The notes under the pieces: model-generated
Database searches by the model: none
Told to the model about the DNA's origin: nothing
The model's input: the letters and a program-made list of their open reading frames with translations, nothing else
Position numbers and translations under genes: made by a program
Shown: in pieces, positions 1-5,693 of the stretch
How positions within the stretch are numbered: position 1 is the stretch's first letter
Layout of the letters: each line of letters begins with the position of its first letter
Assembly (NCBI GenBank): GCA_046497275.1
Contig: JAWOFX010000065.1
Location: forward strand, 1-6,524
Length of the DNA: 6,524 bases
Direction of reading: 5' to 3'
Source of the DNA: Promethearchaeia archaeon
GTDB lineage: Archaea; Asgardarchaeota; Lokiarchaeia; Sigyniarchaeales; SOKP01

Positions 1-2
1 TA

Positions 3-200
3 GATGTAGAAAAAGCCAAAAACAAAATGATTGAAGGCGATAAGCTAAATCAAATAGATCAAGAACTAAATGATGTGCAGCGAGAGTTTGATAGAGCAAG
101 AGATATCCTTCTCAAAAAAATTGAGCAATTCCTTGAAGTGAGAAAAGAAATAAATGAACTATGGATTAAATTGAAAGAAAATACCGCAAAACTAAGTTAA
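3..200 (+). CDS. 3' end of a coiled-coil protein (5'-truncated by the window; 65 aa visible)
   Basis: Frame 3 is open from base 3 to TAA at 198-200 and reads DVEKAKNKMIEGDKLNQIDQELNDVQREFDRARDILLKKIEQFLEVRKEINELWIKLKENTAKLS. It is E/K-rich with heptad-like hydrophobic spacing and is followed by oligo-T tracts. Not in the supplied ORF track. Confidence 0.8.
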   Translation, partial: DVEKAKNKMIEGDKLNQIDQELNDVQREFDRARDILLKKIEQFLEVRKEINELWIKLKENTAKLS

Positions 201-207
201 ATCTATA

Positions 208-237
208 AATCTTTTTTTCTAATCTTTTTTCTAATCT
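208..237 (+). terminator. Duplicated oligo(T) tract, putative archaeal terminator of the upstream CDS
   Basis: AATC-T7-CT (208-220), AATC-T6-CT (221-232) and a partial AATCT (233-237) begin 7 nt after the stop at 200. U-tracts are the established archaeal termination signal. Confidence 0.5.
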
Positions 238-277
238 GTAAAATGAATATAGAATTTTAACTTAAATTTAATAAATT

Positions 278-298
278 TAATTATATATTATTTATAGT
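278..298 (+). promoter_or_regulatory. Possible TATA-box region for the 355-795 gene
   Basis: TTATATA (281-287) and TTTATA (291-296) lie about 60-75 nt upstream of ATG 355. The background is extremely AT-rich, so specificity is low. Confidence 0.25.
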
Positions 299-354
299 GT
301 TAGGATAATTATTTTATCAGAAATTAATAACTAAAAAAAGAAAAAAGATTTAAA

Positions 355-795
355 ATGGCAGATGAGTTTAGTAGTTTTCTTGCATCAGCGAAAAAGGAAC
401 CTATTGAAGAAAAAGTTAATCAATTCGGTGAGATCGTTGAGAAAATCATGAGTATTGTCTTGCGCATCCCAGATTTAGTTGATCAATCACTTGCAAATAT
501 CAACCAAAAGATCTCAAATTTAGAAACAAAGGTCTCCTCATTAGAGACACAAGTGAGAGGATCAGCACCCGCAGCAGCAACAGCTTCCCCAAGTTCAAGT
601 CCTGCTCAGAAGGTGCCTAGTGGCCCACCTGGAGGTCCGCCCGGAGGCCCACCAGGAGGCCCACCTGGGGGACCACCATCGGGCCCGCCCGGAGGTCCTG
701 GCGCAGCCCAACAGAGACCAGCTAGCCCAGTCTCACTTAGAGGCGCGATAATGGGGGAACTGAAAGAGCTCTTTGCAAAGAAAAACCAGAAATAA
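355..795 (+). CDS. 146-aa protein: N-terminal helix and coiled coil, Ser/Ala/Pro linker, (GPPG)n repeat, C-terminal WH2/C/FAB-like amphipathic helix; candidate actin regulator
   Basis: ATG 355 to TAA 795. Regular heptad at V42/L46/I49/I53/L56/V60/L63/V67; six GPP(G/S) units; C-terminus SLRGAIMGELKELFAKKNQK. The CDS is well supported; the function is inference. Confidence 0.9.
   Translation: MADEFSSFLASAKKEPIEEKVNQFGEIVEKIMSIVLRIPDLVDQSLANINQKISNLETKVSSLETQVRGSAPAAATASPSSSPAQKVPSGPPGGPPGGPPGGPPGGPPSGPPGGPGAAQQRPASPVSLRGAIMGELKELFAKKNQK
622..702 (+). repeat. Coding 12-bp tandem repeat (GPPG x4, GPPS, GPPG, partial GPG)
   Basis: Units: ggcccacctgga / ggtccgcccgga / ggcccaccagga / ggcccacctggg / ggaccaccatcg / ggcccgcccgga / ggtcctggc. 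By hand count 64 of 81 bases are G/C, in an otherwise AT-rich window. Confidence 0.95.
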
Positions 796-1001
796 TTGTA
801 GTTAGCTATATAATTTTCATTTATCTTATTTTAGTTCTATGGTTAAAAACAGAGAATCTATTTCAATGAAATCACATACTTTTAATACTCAATAAGCTTT
901 TTATCTATTCTATCCTATTTTAAAACAACTCGGTTATATCAACAAAATTTAAAAGATAAAACATCTAATATCAATTATAAGGGATTTTATGAGGGAAATC
1001 T

Positions 1002-2744
1002 GTGAAAAGTTTTAGAATGCTCTTCGAAACGGATATAAATGTAAAAGCTTCTCATGATTTAGAGAGACAAATTTTGGAGGTTCTTTCATTAGCTCGAGTT
1101 ATTAATAATTATTATTATAAGAAAGGACAAATTCAAAATAAAATTAAACCATTATTAGTAAAAAAATTCAGAGAAGAACTGGAAATCATCGAAAAAAATC
1201 GAGATTGGTTATTTGGAATTCCCTCTGTTTTAGACAAAGTAAGTCAAGATTTCATTAGTAAGAATGATTCATTTCGCTTTCCAGACAGCATTATTCTTTT
1301 TGAAGCATGGATGAGCCTGGGTATGAGAAGTTTATATCCCCAAGTGGCATTACATTTTAAATTTCCAGGATTTTTAAAAGGAGAAAAAACACGTCATATT
1401 TTTCAATATATCTTTTCTACATCACGAGGATTAGCATTTCCAATCTATTTTCCACCAGAATTTTATGATTATAATCCTCCATTTTTGAAGTATTTAAATC
1501 CTTTTTTTAAATGGGTTTATAAAATTTGCCATTATTTAAATAAGATCATTTTTAAAGTAGAGAAAATGTTTAATTCAAAACGCCACCATCCAGGCGAATT
1601 CGAATCAGTTATCATTTCGAAATATAATGATAATGTCTATAAAGGCATAAATACCTTATTTCATGGATATTTTACGAATGAACCCAAAACATTAAGCCAT
1701 TTCGCATCATTAAATGAAGTATTAAGAAATGTTATTTTCTGCTATAGAATTGGAGATCATGCTGTTGAAGTAAAAATGGATAATAATTTTCCGACGATGG
1801 GGGTTCCGTTAATCTCTAATACTTTAATTAAAAAGAGATATGAAGTTGATTTCTATTCCTATATTAAACATTTGATGACTATAAATAATCTATTGACAAA
1901 AAAAATAGAATATTATAGGAAAAAACGAAAAAAATTAATTAAAGCCCTCAGTTTGATTGATCAAATCAAATTCTGGCTTCATATTTCCAAGAAACTCTCT
2001 CTTCCGGGACAACACTTACCACCTAAATATGCGGAAATAGAAAAATATCATAAACATAAACATTTAATTGAAAAATTAAGAACTTTATTATGGGTCACTC
2101 CACTATTTACCCATACCATACACAGTGCTTCTCGAGTAAGAGAATCATTCAAATTCTCGAGAAGCATCGAAGAAGTATCCGAATATGAGTATGATCTCGA
2201 ATCTTCTAAATCCATATTTTTCACATTTATATCATTATATGAAAAAGAGGAGGAATTTGAATTTATAGATGAAGATGTTGTTGCAGGGTTTGAAGATTTA
2301 CGAGATATGATGGCAAAAATGTGGCTATATTTTAAGGAGAGACACCTAAAGTATGCCCTTAGAAGCTTGAACGATATTGCTCGCCTTCCCATTGAGAGTG
2401 AAAATTATAAAATAAAGGTAGAAGAAAAAATAAAAAAATTAATTCCAATCATTGCTATTTATGAGATCTTTAATAGACCTCTCTCCGAATCTGTATATCC
2501 TGATGCAATTCCCCAAACTAAGAGATTTGGTGCTTATTTAGCCAAATTTCTCACTTCAAGATATAATATAGTTGGTTTAAACCTTATCAAATTCTTTAAT
2601 AAATTAGCATACAGAAATTGGGCTCATCTTATTAAACAAAAAAAGTTATCTTTTCAAGAATTCTTTACTTTCATCTTTAATTTAGATATATGGAAATATA
2701 TACCAGATAACATAAAACAGATTATTTTAGATGATTCCATATAA
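1002..2744 (+). CDS. Hypothetical protein, ~580 aa, Lys- and aromatic-rich, apparently mostly helical
   Basis: Long uninterrupted ORF in AT-rich DNA. GTG 1002 has a GAGGG SD-like motif at 991-995; an alternative ATG lies at 1017; TAA at 2742-2744. No catalytic or family motif recognised. Confidence 0.88.
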   Translation: MKSFRMLFETDINVKASHDLERQILEVLSLARVINNYYYKKGQIQNKIKPLLVKKFREELEIIEKNRDWLFGIPSVLDKVSQDFISKNDSFRFPDSIILFEAWMSLGMRSLYPQVALHFKFPGFLKGEKTRHIFQYIFSTSRGLAFPIYFPPEFYDYNPPFLKYLNPFFKWVYKICHYLNKIIFKVEKMFNSKRHHPGEFESVIISKYNDNVYKGINTLFHGYFTNEPKTLSHFASLNEVLRNVIFCYRIGDHAVEVKMDNNFPTMGVPLISNTLIKKRYEVDFYSYIKHLMTINNLLTKKIEYYRKKRKKLIKALSLIDQIKFWLHISKKLSLPGQHLPPKYAEIEKYHKHKHLIEKLRTLLWVTPLFTHTIHSASRVRESFKFSRSIEEVSEYEYDLESSKSIFFTFISLYEKEEEFEFIDEDVVAGFEDLRDMMAKMWLYFKERHLKYALRSLNDIARLPIESENYKIKVEEKIKKLIPIIAIYEIFNRPLSESVYPDAIPQTKRFGAYLAKFLTSRYNIVGLNLIKFFNKLAYRNWAHLIKQKKLSFQEFFTFIFNLDIWKYIPDNIKQIILDDSI

Positions 2745-2794
2745 GACTTTTTATCAAACGGAAGTGCTAAATTCCAAATAGTTAATAAATAAAG

Positions 2795-3379
2795 TTAAAA
2801 TTCTAAGAAACCAGGATCTTCAAACACATCATCAATATCCCTCTCTTTTTTAATATCGCTCTCATCATGTTCGCTGAATAATGAATCATCATCTGTTTGA
2901 ATACCGTGCTCAAGTTCCTCGGTTTCTAAGTTAAGCAGCGCGTCTTTCTCTAATCGCTTGTATTTCTCTGCTCGTTGCTTCCATTCGTTTACTTCATCCA
3001 TGTCGATATCTTCCTCCTCGTCTAAAAGTTCAGCAGCTTTCACCTTACTTAGATCTGATAAAATTGAATATGCAAATGCCATTTCTCCCCATTCTCCCTT
3101 CTCCTTGAGTTTTTTTACTCGTTTTTCTAACCGTTGGAGTTCCTGATCCGCATAATATATATCGATAAAGCTTCCGAAAGCATCTACTGGTTCTGAAATC
3201 GAATTAATTAACACTTCTTTCTCTAAACCACAATGGCCGCATTTCACCGTAGCAAATCCCCCGCCTTTTTTAATATCTTTCACTTTTACTGCCTTCTCTC
3301 CGCAAGATGGGCACGTAAATATCTTAGGAAGCTTTTTAACTCTCCTATAAGTGGTCTGCTTTCTTTTTCTTCGTCCCAT
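2795..3379 (-). CDS. elf1: Transcription elongation factor Elf1 (ELOF1 homolog) with a long C-terminal extension
   Basis: Basic N-terminus MGRRKRK, then LPKIFTCPSC...VKCGHC (C23/C26/C47/C50 zinc ribbon) and EPVDAFGSFID, matching the Elf1 pattern (F-x-C-P-x-C ... C-x-x-C ... EPVD-x-Y/F-x-x-W/F-ID). Residues 78-194 are additional. Confidence 0.93.
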   Translation of the reverse strand: MGRRKRKQTTYRRVKKLPKIFTCPSCGEKAVKVKDIKKGGGFATVKCGHCGLEKEVLINSISEPVDAFGSFIDIYYADQELQRLEKRVKKLKEKGEWGEMAFAYSILSDLSKVKAAELLDEEEDIDMDEVNEWKQRAEKYKRLEKDALLNLETEELEHGIQTDDDSLFSEHDESDIKKERDIDDVFEDPGFLEF

Positions 3380-3587
3380 TTTTTTATAATCTCTTTAATA
3401 ATTGAATTAAAATTTAGTAAGATTTCTCAAAATAACAAGAATTCTAAATCATATTATAAATAAGAACGAAAATTAAAAAATTTAACGCTTTCGTGAAGGC
3501 TTCATTCTTTCCGTAAAATTTTTTAGGAATCGTGCACTAAAATAATTACTCTTTTTGGCTAACCCATAATTAATTATTAAAGAGAGA
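3380..3587. promoter_or_regulatory. Divergent promoter region between elf1 and the three-gene + strand cluster
   Basis: A 208-nt AT-rich gap between head-to-head genes. It holds a minus-strand TTTATAAT (3453-3460) and a perfect 12-bp palindrome ATAATTAATTAT (3566-3577). The individual elements are weakly supported. Confidence 0.45.
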
Positions 3588-4694
3588 GTGGATAATAGGA
3601 TGGAACATAAAAGCTTATCATTGGAGTATGATAGAGATTTAATCAATCGAATTCTCGATGATGAAAATATGCGATATATAGTACTTTTCTTATATATTAT
3701 ACGAAACGATTTATTTCGAGATTTGAAAGATGAAACCCTGATTGAATCATATAATCGTGTGTTAATTTTAGACGAAATCTATAAAGCTAATTTGTTGACT
3801 TTTTGGGATGATGAGTTTTTAGATATAGCTATCGATCTGGGATTAATTAAAAATATTAGGACAAAAAGGGAATTTGAACAAAAAGATCAGGATTTTATTA
3901 TTAAACTCGGAGAAGAAACAATCACCATCGAAGGAGATACTGTAAGTGTGCCAGCAGATACACTCTATATGATGATAACAAAAAAATATAAATCAATAAA
4001 CAGACGAGATTTCAATTTAGCGTTAACCAGGCTAAAAAGTGTTCGATGCGAAGTTTCGGGTGTAATTCATTCGTTCATATTTCAGATAAGTGAAGAAGAT
4101 TATGCTATCTCTGATGATTTATATTATATTTTAGATCAATTTGGAAATGTGTACCAAACAATTAAAATCGAACATACTGTTGAGGGGTTTTCCGAAAGAT
4201 TTAATCAAATATATGGAAAGCTATTAGAATTAATAGAGATATTTGATCCTGTTCTTAATAATAAAAAACCTATGAGAAAAACTAACGAAGCAATTGAACA
4301 AAATAAGGATATTATTGAATTTTTAAAAGAAGAAAGAATTGGTTTATCAGATAAATTTAATATGAGTAAAATTGATAAAAATGAAAGTATGTTTAAGGAT
4401 TGGTACTCACGCTTAACTCAATTATTAAATTTTCGCTATAACATGCAAAATATAGATAAAGAAATTAAAAACATAAAGAGTTATTATTCTGGGAAAGAGA
4501 AAAAATATAATTATTTAGAGTTTATTGAAATGGTTTCGTTTAATGAAGATGAAATTGTTGATCGAATTAGAGAGGATTTAATCTCTCTAAGAAAAAAGAT
4601 AATTGAAATTAATGATGTAATATCAAAACTATCAAAAAAGCAAATTAAATTATTAAATTTAGATTTTGAAAGATTTTTAATTGAACAAAGTTAA
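3588..4694 (+). CDS. Hypothetical protein (364-368 aa), probable winged-helix region(s) followed by a helical or coiled-coil C-terminal half
   Basis: GTG 3588 or ATG 3600 to TAA 4692-4694. SVPADTLYMMITKKYKSINRRDFNLALTRLKS...FIFQISEEDYAISDDLYYILDQ reads as wHTH helices 2 and 3, wing and following helix. The C-terminal ~150 aa have long amphipathic helices. Fold call made by eye. Confidence 0.85.
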   Translation: MDNRMEHKSLSLEYDRDLINRILDDENMRYIVLFLYIIRNDLFRDLKDETLIESYNRVLILDEIYKANLLTFWDDEFLDIAIDLGLIKNIRTKREFEQKDQDFIIKLGEETITIEGDTVSVPADTLYMMITKKYKSINRRDFNLALTRLKSVRCEVSGVIHSFIFQISEEDYAISDDLYYILDQFGNVYQTIKIEHTVEGFSERFNQIYGKLLELIEIFDPVLNNKKPMRKTNEAIEQNKDIIEFLKEERIGLSDKFNMSKIDKNESMFKDWYSRLTQLLNFRYNMQNIDKEIKNIKSYYSGKEKKYNYLEFIEMVSFNEDEIVDRIREDLISLRKKIIEINDVISKLSKKQIKLLNLDFERFLIEQS

Positions 4695-4707
4695 AGTGAA
4701 TATATCA

Positions 4708-5688
4708 ATGAAATGTCCCGCTTGCAATATTGAGATGGAGCCTCTAGTAGATGGAATATTTCAATGCCCAAAGTGTAGGAAAATAATAAAAGCAAAAGGC
4801 GAAGAAGAAAAAAAAGAAGAAAAGAAGATTAGTGAGGGAGACATTCAGGATGGAGAATATTTTCATCAACATGCTAGTATAAATAAAAAATATGAATTAT
4901 GCGAATCGGGTATAACCGTACACAAAACAGACAACAGATGGATTGCGGTTTTAATATGTCATAATGCATATTTAGAGGCTGAAAGATATGTGCGAATATC
5001 GTGGTGGAAAAAATCTTTTTATAGACATGGTGGGATGATGAAAATATATGAAGAAGATGTTATGAAAAATCTTATCAAAGCATTGAAAAAGATAGATGAA
5101 AATTTTGATGAGTTTTGGACATTTAAAGGAAAATTCAGAGAAAATAAACTATTAACAGAAGAGGATAAATTAAGAGAGAAGAAATTAGATCTGATGAAGT
5201 TTAGGATTATTGAAAATCGTACATGTCCAAGATGTGGAAAAAAAATGGATAAAGAAAAAGCTCATTATGAATGTCCTCATTGTGGTGAAATTGTAATATT
5301 AGAGGGTTATAATCAACCAATCTTCAATATTTCTCCTTCGGATCTAAAATTGAATTTTCAAGCTAATTTTCCAATTAATTTTTATTTACCTGTAAGTGGG
5401 ATCACAATTAAATGGTTAATGGGCGAATGGAAAGCGCTAGTAATAATATATTCGAAAGATAATCCCAATAAAAAATGGTTAAGATTTTACTGGTGGGTGA
5501 GAGATTTAGAAAATTTAGTAAAATATGGTCATCGAGAGATCGGAGAGAGCTCCAAATTAGGCTGGAAAGCAAAAAAAGGAGCTGGAAGTACCAATTTGTA
5601 CAATAAAGATTCAATAAAACCTTTAATAAAGGCTCTAGAAAAAATATCAAAAGAAATGAATTGGAATCTAGAAGATGAGAGAGAGTAA
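4708..5688 (+). CDS. Internally duplicated protein, 2 x [C4 zinc ribbon + PC4/PUR-like beta-sheet-helix domain]; putative ssDNA/RNA-binding protein
   Basis: ATG 4708 is preferred over TTG 4681 because it starts directly at MKCPAC and avoids a 14-nt overlap. Zn ribbons are CPAC..CPKC and CPRC..CPHC. Both halves share Y-x(3-4)-SGIT[VI]-x6-W-x-A-h-h-I...[YW][VL]R[IF]xWW...LIKAL[KE]KI. Confidence 0.9.
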   Translation: MKCPACNIEMEPLVDGIFQCPKCRKIIKAKGEEEKKEEKKISEGDIQDGEYFHQHASINKKYELCESGITVHKTDNRWIAVLICHNAYLEAERYVRISWWKKSFYRHGGMMKIYEEDVMKNLIKALKKIDENFDEFWTFKGKFRENKLLTEEDKLREKKLDLMKFRIIENRTCPRCGKKMDKEKAHYECPHCGEIVILEGYNQPIFNISPSDLKLNFQANFPINFYLPVSGITIKWLMGEWKALVIIYSKDNPNKKWLRFYWWVRDLENLVKYGHREIGESSKLGWKAKKGAGSTNLYNKDSIKPLIKALEKISKEMNWNLEDERE

Positions 5689-5693
5689 AAAAT

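Noticed and set aside
622-702. GC-rich repeat read as a CRISPR array, HGT island, collagen or G-quadruplex
   Set aside because: The 12-bp units have no spacers; the GC content is explained by Gly/Pro codons; the period is 4 residues, not Gly-X-Y; and G runs are mostly only two long.
839-895. 18-codon ORF (MVKNRESISMKSHTFNTQ), and similarly an 8-codon ORF at 989-1015
   Set aside because: Too short, with no motif or other support; expected by chance.
2048-2392. 114-aa minus-strand ORF from the track
   Set aside because: Fully antisense to the 580-aa CDS; its Ser-rich composition is the typical shadow of an Asp/Glu-rich sense strand.
2958-3146. 62-aa plus-strand ORF
   Set aside because: Antisense shadow of the acidic/basic Elf1 extension (Ser/Phe-rich, no motif).
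3233-3463. 76-aa plus-strand ORF
   Set aside because: Overlaps the conserved Elf1 core on the opposite strand and runs into the promoter region.
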